Below the pieces are notes generated by a model. The model had not been told where the DNA came from and made no database searches. It saw only the letters and a list, made by a program, of their open reading frames with translations. From a virus (Duplodnaviria; Caudoviricetes): DNA of 35,587 nucleotides. The position numbers and the translations under genes were made by a program. The DNA lies in the IMG/VR virus record IMGVR_UViG_3300001450_000115, positions 1 through 35,587 of that record, one strand, 5' to 3'. Shown here in pieces: positions 17,085 through 26,928 of this stretch; the first letter of the stretch is position 1; each line of letters begins with the position of its first letter.

Positions 17085-18623
17085 ATGCCTGCCATAATTA
17101 CTGACCAATTTAGAATTTTGAATGCGGAGACATTTGCTAAGTCTGTGACTGGCATTGGCACGACTTCAAATTTTTATTATACCTTCTTAGCACACCCAAA
17201 TCCCACCAATATTTCTATTGAAGAATATGGTAATGTTAACTGGGCGACAACTACTCCAGATCCAAGAGACTCTTTTGAGCAGGAGAATAGATATCACGAC
17301 TCGATGCTTTTCTTAAATAAGATTAATGTTAATGATTTTGCAAGAATTGTACCCAGAGTTAATTGGTCTTCTGGTATAACCTATGACATGTATAGGAATG
17401 ATTATGATATTACCAATCCAGCACCACAAACTAGTTCAAAGACACTATATGAATCTCGTTTTTATGTCGTAAACTCCGAATTTAAGGTTTATATCTGCAT
17501 CAATAATGGTACAAGTCCAGATTTTCCAAAAGGACAACCATCACAACATGAACCAACTTTTGTTTCTACTGGTCCCCAAAAAGCAGGAACTGGAAGTGAC
17601 AATTATATTTGGAAATATCTTTATACAATTTCTCCTGCGGATATTGTTAAATTTACAACAGAAAAATATATGCCACTTCCCACAAACTGGGGAGACAGTA
17701 ATACCGAATCAGTAAAAAATGCTGCCGTTCGTGGAAGAATCGAAACAGTAGTTATTAAGAACAGAGGATCAGGATATACATCAGGAACATATACGGAAGA
17801 TATTCTCGGTGATGGAAATGGTGGAAAAGTCTCTATTGTTATAATTAATCAACAAATCTCTAGTATTGAGGTTTCATCTCCAGGAAAAGACTACACTAGA
17901 GGAGTAATTAACTACAATCCTGGTGATGGTGGATCTAATGCAGAATTTGAAGTTATAATTCCACCAAATGGTGGACATGGAGCAGATATATATCGTGAGT
18001 TAGGTTCGTATAGAGTAATGGTTTATTCTAAGTATGATTCTTCTTCCGATTTTATCACTCAAAATACTTTTTCAAGAATTGGCATTGTGAGAAATCCAAC
18101 TCAATATGGAAGTTTAACTAACATTCTAAATACTAATACCGCAACAACTCTTGGTGCATTGAAACTGAAACCTAGTTCAGGTAATCCTGGTATTTCAACT
18201 TCCAGCGTTACTTACCCACTAAATGGCGAGATTCGTCAATCAGTTGGCACTGCTGGATCGACTGCTGTTGGTTATGTCGCCTCTTGGGATGGTGATACTG
18301 GTGTTTTGAGATACTACCAACCTGTTGGTTTATCTACTATATCAAATAACAACTTTAGAAACTTTGATTTTGAAGGTAATGCAAATCCAGTTACTTGTAT
18401 TGGTATGTCGGGAAATACCTTAATTCCCGATACTAGTTTTACAAATGTTTCTAGTATAACAGTAGGTGGAAAAGTTATCAATTTGGGACAAACTTTCATA
18501 CTCGGAAAGGCAAATCCAGAAGTTGAAAAGTATTCAGGTGATATCATTTATATTGATAATAGGGCACCGATCAGTAGATCCGAATCCCAAAAAGAAGAAG
18601 TAAAAGTCGTAGTAGAGTTCTAA
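17085..18623 (+). CDS. gp8: Baseplate wedge subunit gp8
   Basis: MPAIITDQFRILNA, VYICINNG, YIWKYLYTI and a C-terminal SGDIIYIDNRAPISRSESQKEEVKVVVEF. Confidence 0.92.
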   Translation: MPAIITDQFRILNAETFAKSVTGIGTTSNFYYTFLAHPNPTNISIEEYGNVNWATTTPDPRDSFEQENRYHDSMLFLNKINVNDFARIVPRVNWSSGITYDMYRNDYDITNPAPQTSSKTLYESRFYVVNSEFKVYICINNGTSPDFPKGQPSQHEPTFVSTGPQKAGTGSDNYIWKYLYTISPADIVKFTTEKYMPLPTNWGDSNTESVKNAAVRGRIETVVIKNRGSGYTSGTYTEDILGDGNGGKVSIVIINQQISSIEVSSPGKDYTRGVINYNPGDGGSNAEFEVIIPPNGGHGADIYRELGSYRVMVYSKYDSSSDFITQNTFSRIGIVRNPTQYGSLTNILNTNTATTLGALKLKPSSGNPGISTSSVTYPLNGEIRQSVGTAGSTAVGYVASWDGDTGVLRYYQPVGLSTISNNNFRNFDFEGNANPVTCIGMSGNTLIPDTSFTNVSSITVGGKVINLGQTFILGKANPEVEKYSGDIIYIDNRAPISRSESQKEEVKVVVEF

Positions 18624-18627
18624 GAAC

Positions 18628-21600
18628 ATGACCCAGAACACCAATTTAAATGTTTCCCCTTATTTTGACGATTTTGATGAAGACAATAATTATAATAAGG
18701 TGCTGTTCAAACCTGGATTCCCAGTTCAATCCAGAGAACTAACTACTTTACAATCTATCCTTCAGGGGCAGATTGAAAAGTTCGGACAACACTTCTTCAA
18801 AGAAGGGGCAATGATTGTTCCTGGTGGAATAATATATGATTCAATTTATTCTGCAGTTAAGATTGATCCTACTTTCTTAGACGTTTCTGTCTCTGCATAT
18901 ACTTCATATCTTAAAGATAATAATATTGAGATACAAGGTGAAATTTCTGGTGTTAAGGCAACCGTAGTCAATTGCATCACAAGTGCGGAATCAGTTGATT
19001 CTGTAGACACTATCTATGTTAAATATACTGCTTCTGGATTTGATGGTGTAACACCAAAATTTACAGATGGTGAAACTTTAATTACATTACAAGATATTAA
19101 GTATTCTTCTACTACTATTCCTACAAATAATGCATTTGCAAGAGCTGTTGTATCTGAAGCAACACCGAGTGGTTCTTCTGCATCAATCAGTGAGGGAATA
19201 TTTTTTGTTAGGGGATATTTTGTAAAAGTGCCTGCAAGTACTGTAATTCTAGATCAATATACAAATTCACCTAGTTATAAAGTTGGTCTTCAGATTTCAG
19301 AAGATATTGTAACTGCTTCTTCTGAAAATTCTGATTTATTTGATAATGCTAAGGGATTTTCAAACGAATCTGCTCCTGGTGCAGATAGACTTAAAATATC
19401 TACAACTCTTGTTAAAAAATCACTGACAGATAACAACGATGCTAACTTTGTAGAATTGTTGCGTGTAGATAAAGGACTTACTCAAAAGTTAGTTAATACT
19501 ACTGATTATAGTATATTTAAAGATGAACTTGCAAGGAGAACAAACGATGAGTCTGGTGATTATTACGTCAAGAGATTTGCTGTCGATATTAGAGAAACTT
19601 TAAATGATAGACTTGGCAATAAAGGCATTTATTCACCAAATCAATTAACTCAAAGGGGCAATACTCCGTCTGACGATCTTTTCACCCTTCAGATATCTTC
19701 AGGTAAAGCATACGTAAAAGGATATGAAATTGAAAAGATTGGATCAACTTCACTTGATAACGAAAAACCAAGAACTACAAAGAAAAAAGAAAATGTCAGT
19801 GTTCCAATTAAAATTGGAAACAATATTCAAGTAGAAAATCTTTATGGTTCACCAGTAATTGGATTTAACGATACATCTGTTGTACAATTAAGAGATCGTA
19901 GAGTTGGTGATAACGGACAACTGGATCCCGCATCTGCAATTATTGGTAATGCCAGGATTTATGATTTTAGTAAGAAAAATATAGCTGGAATTGGCACAGA
20001 GAGATTTGATCTAAGACTCTATGATATTCAAACATTCACTACTCTAACACTTGGACTTGGCGTCACTGCTCTAAATTCTGCATTAGTTAGAGGTGTATTC
20101 AGTGGAGCAACTGGTCACCTTAAGGATGCAGTATCAAATGCAACGACTCTTAACCTATTAGATGTAACGGGTCAGTTCCAAATTAACGAACCAATTGAGA
20201 TCAATGGACTTACTGTAGGTAGAAATATTACAGCAGTTAGAGATAATGATATCCGTGACATTAAGTCAATTGGAACTGTATCACCTATCTTTGCTTGCAA
20301 CGTTGCAATGCAACAGACTACTAATCTTATCACACCTGGTTCATCATTCGAGATTAGTGGAGCTGATGCGACTGATCCTACTGGTATCACCACAGTAAAA
20401 TCAGCATCTGTTGGAGACTTCAGAAACATTCCTGTGAGGGTTCATGATGTCGTTTCTTATACCATACCAGGTCAAGATCTGCCTACGTTTAATAGAGTAA
20501 GCACAGTGAATCAGGGTAGTATCACCTTGGTTGGTGTTAGCAGCGTAACAGGAATTTGCACTGGTGGTACAGTAAAGGTAGATAATGTTGGTACTACAAA
20601 TAGTCTTACTAATATTCAAAACTTAAATGTTGTTTCTGGTATATTAGAAGGTGGAAATAATGCAGGAAAAACGATTCGACTTCCCAACACTAGTGTTTCA
20701 TCTATCAATCTTCTTGATAGTAGTTACGTCATAAGAAAGCAAACATCAGTCAATATTGGTTCAAATTTACAACTTAATTTTGCTATAACTGACTTTGGTG
20801 ATGATACTCTGTTCTTGGAACCGTATAATCAATTTAATTATACTTTAACTTATGCAAATGGACATAAAGAAATTATTCTTGATTCTCAAGTCACAATTTC
20901 TGGTGATCTTAAAACAATTTTGATCAAGGGGCTTAGTCAAACTGGTACTAGCGCAAAACTTACCATTACTTGTAAGAGAAGCACGTTAACATCTAAGGTA
21001 AAGACCAACATAAGATGTACTAATTTAGTCGTAGCAAGATCTAGAAATGCTGGATCTGGTATCGGTTCTACAACAATGAATGATGGACTATCTTGGTCGT
21101 CCTCTTACCCATATGGAACAAGAGTTCAAGACGAAAGTATTTCACTGAATGTACCAGATGTTACTAGAGTTTTTGCTATATTTGAGTCTAATGATACTAA
21201 TGCTCCAACTCTCCCATCAATTATTGCTTCTACTCAAAGTGGCACATTCACAAATAATGTAGTAGTTGGTGAACAAATTATTGGTGCAGATACAGGAGCA
21301 GTTGCTCGTGTTGTTGATATTGTAAGTGGTAATCAAATAAATTTTGTATATGAAAATGATAAGTTCTTCCAGATATTAGAAACAGTTTCACTGCAAAGTT
21401 CTGGAATTACTGCAAACATCAGTACTCTTCTCACTGGTGACAGAAATGTAAGTAATGATTACACTCTAGACTCAGGACATAGACGAGAGTTCTGTGATAT
21501 TGCAAGAATCAATAGAATAAAGAGTGCTGCTGAACCAACTAGACAATTGAGAATTGTATTTGATAACCTTAACACTGATGAGAGTACAGGAACAGTGGAA

Positions 21601-24600
21601 TCTGTCAATAGTTACAGTACTCTCGACTATTCAAAAGAGATCCCAATAACACCATTAGGAAGAGCATCAGATTTTATTGATCTGAGACCAAAAGTCAATA
21701 CGTATTCTCTCAGTTCATCTGATTCACCGTTTGCATTTGAATCAAGATCATTCTCAAATTCAAATTGTGAAATTGCTGCAACCAATAAAACTCTTATTGT
21801 TGACTATTCTCATTATCTTGGAAGAATCGATAGATTATATTTGACTAAGGATGGAGAGTTTTTAATTAAGAGGGGGGAACCTTCAGAGTTTCCAAAATTA
21901 CCAGTTGGAAATAGTGAAGGATTTGAAGTTGGCATTCTTACTATGTCTCCATACATGTTTAATGCAACTTTTGATAGTAGATTAAAACTTATTCATCATA
22001 AGAGATTTACTATGAAAGATATTGGTAGTATTGAAAATAGAGTTAAGAATCTTGAGAATTATACTACACTTTCTTTACTTGAAACAGATACTAAGAATCT
22101 TTCAGTCAAGGATCCTAACACTGGACTAGATAAGTTTAAGTCTGGTTTCTTTGTAGATAACTTTAGAAACCATAATGGTGCTAATCTAAGGGGCGAATCA
22201 AGATTTGATATTGACTTAAAGCGTGGCGAATTACGCCCACGTACTACTGAAAGAAATTTTACTTTGCAATTTGAGACTGTAACAACTGAAGCAAATCGCA
22301 CAGATGCTGATTATGCTTGGGCAAATGATTTTTCTGATGTCAGTATCACCAGAAATGGTCCTGGTCTAACTCTTAACTTTGAAGAAGTTGAATTTATTAA
22401 TCAACCACTTGCAACTAGAACAGAAAACCTGAATCCATATCATATTGCATTGTATGCTGGATCAATCGACCTGTCCCCTGCTACAGACTACTGGATTGAA
22501 GAAATTGTTCTTGCTACTCCTGATATTGTTCAGTTTGATTCTATATTCAATGGTATGTCAGAACTGCTTGGTACTGAAGATCGTGAGAATGGTGGAATGG
22601 CAGCAAGTTGGTTTAATTCTTCTGAAACCACCTGGAATGGTGATGAAAGAGTTATTGATAGTACCTTAACTGGCAGCACAGTAATTGGGTCTAACTCAGG
22701 ATCATCTACTAGTACCTCCATATCCACCTCTACCCTAGAAGAAGGAGGCGGCGGTATTAATCAGGGCGGTAATGGTATTCGGAGAACCACTACCACTACC
22801 ACTGACAGTTGGTCGAGCACTACTTTTGAGGATACTTTTCTTGATACTAATATAGAAACTGGTACTGAGAGTGTATTTGGTCTTGAACTTTCTTCTGGAT
22901 TAGAAGAGATGAGTCTTGGAAATAGAATGATTGGTATGGAAACTATCCATAATTGCCGTTCTAGAAATATTCATGTAACTGGTAAGAAATTGAAACCAAA
23001 TACGAAATATTATGTCTTCATGGAAAGTGTTGATATGAATGAATTTGCATTTCCCAAGCAATTACCAGTTATCATGACCAAAGGTTCATTTAAAACTGGT
23101 GATATTGTTGATAGTATTACTTTAACTCAGGCAGGAACACCAAATATCCAATTCCGTGTAGCACAACATAATCATGAGACTGGTCCATTTAATGCTCCAA
23201 TTAGAGAAGTTAATCCTGGTCTTAATGCACCCGGAGATAACTTCAGTGTCGTAATTAGTTCATCTTATTCTGGAACTTCTGAATTTATTAATATTGACCT
23301 TGCAGATCTTTCTAATCAAACACAACCAGGACACCTTGGATACGTTAAAAAAGGAATGGTCCTCGTCAATAATGATGGAACTGCAGAAGCAAAAGTAGGC
23401 GAGATACAGTTGATAACTGATGAGAAAGGTGAGATACAGTTCTCACTTCATATTCCAGATCCAGTTATTGCTGCTAATCCTAAATTTACTACTGGATCAA
23501 GCACAATTAGATTGACTTCATCTGCTATCAATTCACCTGTACTAGACCCAGGCGGTAGTTCTGCTGAAACTGATTATCTGTCATCTGGATATGTCACAAG
23601 TTATGAAGAGCAAGTTCTTGCGATCAAAACACCAGAAATTGATAGAAGATTGGTTGAGACTCTGGATGCAATTAGACTTACACAATCAGAAAGTACTTCA
23701 ACTAGAACGGAGGGGTCTAGTTCTTCAAGTACCGATGTTGTCGTTGGCGCATATTATGACCCATTAGCACAATCCTTCTTAATTACTGCTGAAAATAGTA
23801 ATGGGACAAATTCCGATGGTGTGTATGTAACTGGTGGTGAGGTATACTTTAAGACCAGAGATCCTTCAATTCCAGTTACGGTTCAAATTAGGACTATGAG
23901 AGATGGCACTCCAACAACACTGGTTGTACCATTCGGTCAAGTTAACATTCAATCAAACGATGTTAATATATCTGATGATGGTAGTGTAGCAACGGAATTT
24001 AAGTTTCCTACTCCTGTCTATCTGCAAACTGGATATGAATATGCTCTGGTGCTTATTTCACCTACAGAGAAGTATCTGGCGTTTATCACTAGAATGGGTG
24101 AAGAAGACCTCCAACTCAAGGCAGTCTATAACAAGCAACCATACCTTGGATCTCTGTTCAAGTCACAGAACCAGTCAACCTGGACTCCAAGTCAGTTGGA
24201 AGATCTTAAGTTCAAACTTAATAAAGCAAAGTTTGTAACCAATACTCCAGTTTCAGTCTCATTCTATAATAGTCAACTGCCTAGAGTCGGTATTAGAAAG
24301 AATAATCCAATTACTACGTTCTCTAAGAGACAGTTTATTGGTATTCCAGTTACAGATACTGCATTTGGATCTGGTAATGAAATTCAACAAGGAACCAATA
24401 ATGGTAAGATCTTTGCAACTGGTGGTCCATTATCAGTTATAACTTCTCCAACCAATGAGAGTATCCTAGCACTGGTACAACCAACTGCCGGTGTTGCTCT
24501 GGTTGACTCTACTTATACTGGCATTGGATTTACATCCCTCACTGGTTTTGGACATAACTGCATATCAGAAGTTACTGTTTCTGGTGGAGTAGTTACTCAA

Positions 24601-26094
24601 ATTCAGGTTACCAATGGTGGTTCTGGATATCAGGTTGGAGATCTTCTGTTGATGAATCAACTTGGCGATACCGGAAGTGGAGTACGAGTCACTGTTGGTG
24701 TTTCAGCTAGAACTAACTTGTTAGTTGTTGATAATGTGAAAGACAACTTTGCTGCTGCAAGTTCCTACAACCTCTTCAATGATGCTGGTAGTGCTACGCC
24801 AATGCCCAATATCTTATACGTCAATAATGACCCGATTAGAGATGGTAAGACAATGAAGTTTGACCATTTCAACCATGGTATGCACTCACCTCAAAATAAA
24901 CTTAGAGTATACAATGTTGAAAGTGATGTAACCCCAACAACTCTGACTGCGGCAGTCAATGACGATGACTCAGTTATTAATGTTGCAGACGGAACTGCAT
25001 TTGCTAATTTTGAAGGAGCAGCAGTTGGTTCTGCAAATACTGGTTATCTGTTAATTGATAAGGAAATTATTGCTTACGAAACAATTGCGGGTAATGTTAT
25101 TACTATTGAAAGTAGAAACTTTAATAATTCAGTTACAGGCAGTCTATTATCAACTCATGCACAAAACACAAATGTGTTCAAGTATGAGGTCAATGGTGTA
25201 TCACTACTTAAGGTTAATAAAGTTCATAATATTGATCAAAGAGAGAGGACATTTAATAGTTATCATGTGAGTCTCACTGATGATACTAAGACATTCTCAA
25301 CAATTAAAGCAGTTGGTGGATCTAATGTTCAGCTAACTCAAAACCTTCCATTTGAAATTATCAGACCAAGCATTAACCTTGTCAGTCCTTCTGGAACAAA
25401 TGTTTCTGCAAGAATTAAGACAACTTCTGGATCAAGTATATCTGGAACTGAAGCATCATTCTCAAATATTGGATATGAGAGTATTACTCTGAATCAATTG
25501 AATCGTCTTGATAGTCCAAGAATGGTTGCATCTCAGATAAACGAATCTGAACTCCTTGGTGGTCAAAAATCATTTGAACTTGAAATGCTTCTATCAACTA
25601 CTGACGAGAATGTATCTCCTATGGTTGATCTTGATACATGTAATATTGTTTCAATGAGTAACCTTATTAATGCACCAGATGTTGATTATACTACCGACAG
25701 CAGAGTCAATATTCCTGGATTTGATCCCCATGCTGCAATTTATGAGACCAAGAGAATCAATCTTGAGTTTATATCCAACTCTGTGTTTGTTCAATTCGAT
25801 GGACATAGAATGGGAGATTCAAACTTCAGAGTATTCTATAGACTGGTTAGAAATGACGAAAATGAGATTGGTCAAACTTTTATCCCATTCAATGATAATG
25901 GTTTACCAGATAAATTTGTAAATCCAAATCAATCTGAGAACGGATTCAGCGAGTATAAGTATACCGCAGAAAACACACCACAGTTTAATGGATTCCAAAT
26001 TAAAATTGTTATGACTTCTCCTAAACAATCTGAAGCTCCAAGAATTAAGAATCTCAGAGCAATTGCATTAAGAACATTTGATTCAGAAGAATGA
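18628..26094 (+). CDS. Large virion structural protein, VrlC/DUF4815-like (2488 aa)
   Basis: NLNVSPYFDDF..YNKVLFKPGFPVQSRELTTLQS, APGADRLK, LARRTNDESGDY, KSGFFVDNF and DPLAQSF motifs. Confidence 0.85.
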   Translation: MTQNTNLNVSPYFDDFDEDNNYNKVLFKPGFPVQSRELTTLQSILQGQIEKFGQHFFKEGAMIVPGGIIYDSIYSAVKIDPTFLDVSVSAYTSYLKDNNIEIQGEISGVKATVVNCITSAESVDSVDTIYVKYTASGFDGVTPKFTDGETLITLQDIKYSSTTIPTNNAFARAVVSEATPSGSSASISEGIFFVRGYFVKVPASTVILDQYTNSPSYKVGLQISEDIVTASSENSDLFDNAKGFSNESAPGADRLKISTTLVKKSLTDNNDANFVELLRVDKGLTQKLVNTTDYSIFKDELARRTNDESGDYYVKRFAVDIRETLNDRLGNKGIYSPNQLTQRGNTPSDDLFTLQISSGKAYVKGYEIEKIGSTSLDNEKPRTTKKKENVSVPIKIGNNIQVENLYGSPVIGFNDTSVVQLRDRRVGDNGQLDPASAIIGNARIYDFSKKNIAGIGTERFDLRLYDIQTFTTLTLGLGVTALNSALVRGVFSGATGHLKDAVSNATTLNLLDVTGQFQINEPIEINGLTVGRNITAVRDNDIRDIKSIGTVSPIFACNVAMQQTTNLITPGSSFEISGADATDPTGITTVKSASVGDFRNIPVRVHDVVSYTIPGQDLPTFNRVSTVNQGSITLVGVSSVTGICTGGTVKVDNVGTTNSLTNIQNLNVVSGILEGGNNAGKTIRLPNTSVSSINLLDSSYVIRKQTSVNIGSNLQLNFAITDFGDDTLFLEPYNQFNYTLTYANGHKEIILDSQVTISGDLKTILIKGLSQTGTSAKLTITCKRSTLTSKVKTNIRCTNLVVARSRNAGSGIGSTTMNDGLSWSSSYPYGTRVQDESISLNVPDVTRVFAIFESNDTNAPTLPSIIASTQSGTFTNNVVVGEQIIGADTGAVARVVDIVSGNQINFVYENDKFFQILETVSLQSSGITANISTLLTGDRNVSNDYTLDSGHRREFCDIARINRIKSAAEPTRQLRIVFDNLNTDESTGTVESVNSYSTLDYSKEIPITPLGRASDFIDLRPKVNTYSLSSSDSPFAFESRSFSNSNCEIAATNKTLIVDYSHYLGRIDRLYLTKDGEFLIKRGEPSEFPKLPVGNSEGFEVGILTMSPYMFNATFDSRLKLIHHKRFTMKDIGSIENRVKNLENYTTLSLLETDTKNLSVKDPNTGLDKFKSGFFVDNFRNHNGANLRGESRFDIDLKRGELRPRTTERNFTLQFETVTTEANRTDADYAWANDFSDVSITRNGPGLTLNFEEVEFINQPLATRTENLNPYHIALYAGSIDLSPATDYWIEEIVLATPDIVQFDSIFNGMSELLGTEDRENGGMAASWFNSSETTWNGDERVIDSTLTGSTVIGSNSGSSTSTSISTSTLEEGGGGINQGGNGIRRTTTTTTDSWSSTTFEDTFLDTNIETGTESVFGLELSSGLEEMSLGNRMIGMETIHNCRSRNIHVTGKKLKPNTKYYVFMESVDMNEFAFPKQLPVIMTKGSFKTGDIVDSITLTQAGTPNIQFRVAQHNHETGPFNAPIREVNPGLNAPGDNFSVVISSSYSGTSEFINIDLADLSNQTQPGHLGYVKKGMVLVNNDGTAEAKVGEIQLITDEKGEIQFSLHIPDPVIAANPKFTTGSSTIRLTSSAINSPVLDPGGSSAETDYLSSGYVTSYEEQVLAIKTPEIDRRLVETLDAIRLTQSESTSTRTEGSSSSSTDVVVGAYYDPLAQSFLITAENSNGTNSDGVYVTGGEVYFKTRDPSIPVTVQIRTMRDGTPTTLVVPFGQVNIQSNDVNISDDGSVATEFKFPTPVYLQTGYEYALVLISPTEKYLAFITRMGEEDLQLKAVYNKQPYLGSLFKSQNQSTWTPSQLEDLKFKLNKAKFVTNTPVSVSFYNSQLPRVGIRKNNPITTFSKRQFIGIPVTDTAFGSGNEIQQGTNNGKIFATGGPLSVITSPTNESILALVQPTAGVALVDSTYTGIGFTSLTGFGHNCISEVTVSGGVVTQIQVTNGGSGYQVGDLLLMNQLGDTGSGVRVTVGVSARTNLLVVDNVKDNFAAASSYNLFNDAGSATPMPNILYVNNDPIRDGKTMKFDHFNHGMHSPQNKLRVYNVESDVTPTTLTAAVNDDDSVINVADGTAFANFEGAAVGSANTGYLLIDKEIIAYETIAGNVITIESRNFNNSVTGSLLSTHAQNTNVFKYEVNGVSLLKVNKVHNIDQRERTFNSYHVSLTDDTKTFSTIKAVGGSNVQLTQNLPFEIIRPSINLVSPSGTNVSARIKTTSGSSISGTEASFSNIGYESITLNQLNRLDSPRMVASQINESELLGGQKSFELEMLLSTTDENVSPMVDLDTCNIVSMSNLINAPDVDYTTDSRVNIPGFDPHAAIYETKRINLEFISNSVFVQFDGHRMGDSNFRVFYRLVRNDENEIGQTFIPFNDNGLPDKFVNPNQSENGFSEYKYTAENTPQFNGFQIKIVMTSPKQSEAPRIKNLRAIALRTFDSEE

Positions 26095-26321
26095 GTAAGT
26101 ATTTAAAAGTTAATTCAGACACATCCCTAATAAGGGATATGAATTCTGGTGCTATCATTAATACCAACAAAGGTGAATATGATAAATTCATGAAACTTTC
26201 TAAAAAAAAGTATATTGAAAAGCAGGAAATGAATAAATTAAAAGACGATGTGAAGGATATGAAGTCCGATATTGAGGAAATAAAGTCTCTTCTGTTATCC
26301 ATAGCGAAAAATGATTTATAA
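26091..26321 (+). CDS. Small coiled-coil protein (76 aa)
   Basis: ATGA overlap with the upstream gene; LIRDMNSGAIIN followed by a heptad-patterned C-terminus. Confidence 0.8.
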   Translation: MSKYLKVNSDTSLIRDMNSGAIINTNKGEYDKFMKLSKKKYIEKQEMNKLKDDVKDMKSDIEEIKSLLLSIAKNDL

Positions 26322-26324
26322 ATA
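26317..26324 (+). promoter_or_regulatory. T4 late promoter TATAAATA
   Basis: Exact consensus overlapping a stop codon, 29 nt upstream of ATG 26354. Confidence 0.8.
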
Positions 26325-26353
26325 CCAGTAGATAGATCTAACTGACTGTAATA

Positions 26354-26695
26354 ATGGCAGCATATGTAAGCAACGTTGTAATTGACATTGGCGCAAACTT
26401 CGACCAATTGTTTAACCTTGAAAATAATGCAAATGCTCCACTGGATTTAACAGGATTTAATGGTGCAGCAAAATTGAAGAAATCAGCAGCTTCATTGGGA
26501 ACTGCTGCTTCATTTGTCGTATCGTTTCCAAATGCAACAGAAGGACAACTGAAGATTTCTTTGGGATCTACAATTACTTCTGGATTGAAACCTGGTAGAT
26601 ATGTATATGATGTTCTATTAACTGATACTTCTTCACTCAAAACCAGAGTCGTAGAAGGTAGTGCTATCGTCACAGCCGGAGTTACCACGAGTTAA
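26354..26695 (+). CDS. Virion structural protein, BppU-N-like adaptor (113 aa)
   Basis: IDIGANF...LDLTGF...GRYVYDVLL...RVVEG beta-sandwich pattern; follows a late promoter. Confidence 0.7.
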   Translation: MAAYVSNVVIDIGANFDQLFNLENNANAPLDLTGFNGAAKLKKSAASLGTAASFVVSFPNATEGQLKISLGSTITSGLKPGRYVYDVLLTDTSSLKTRVVEGSAIVTAGVTTS

Positions 26696-26700
26696 AACAT

Positions 26701-26925
26701 ATGGCAGACATTAAAGTCAGGGTTGGATCGCAAAATGCTATCAAAGTTTTATCTTCCTTTGCTGGAGGTGGCGGAACTTTAGGTGGATTATCTGATGTTG
26801 ACATATCCGCAGTTCAGAACGGTTCTGTTCTGGTATACAACGGAACAACTAATAAATTTGAAGCAACTTTAGAATTAACGCCTGGAACAACCCAAAATTT
26901 AGATATCAACGGAGGAAACTTCTAA
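26701..26925 (+). CDS. Small fibre-associated structural protein (74 aa)
   Basis: LGGLSDVD...NGSVLVYNGTTNKF fibre-type repeat; ends in INGGNF. Confidence 0.75.
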   Translation: MADIKVRVGSQNAIKVLSSFAGGGGTLGGLSDVDISAVQNGSVLVYNGTTNKFEATLELTPGTTQNLDINGGNF

Positions 26926-26928
26926 GCC

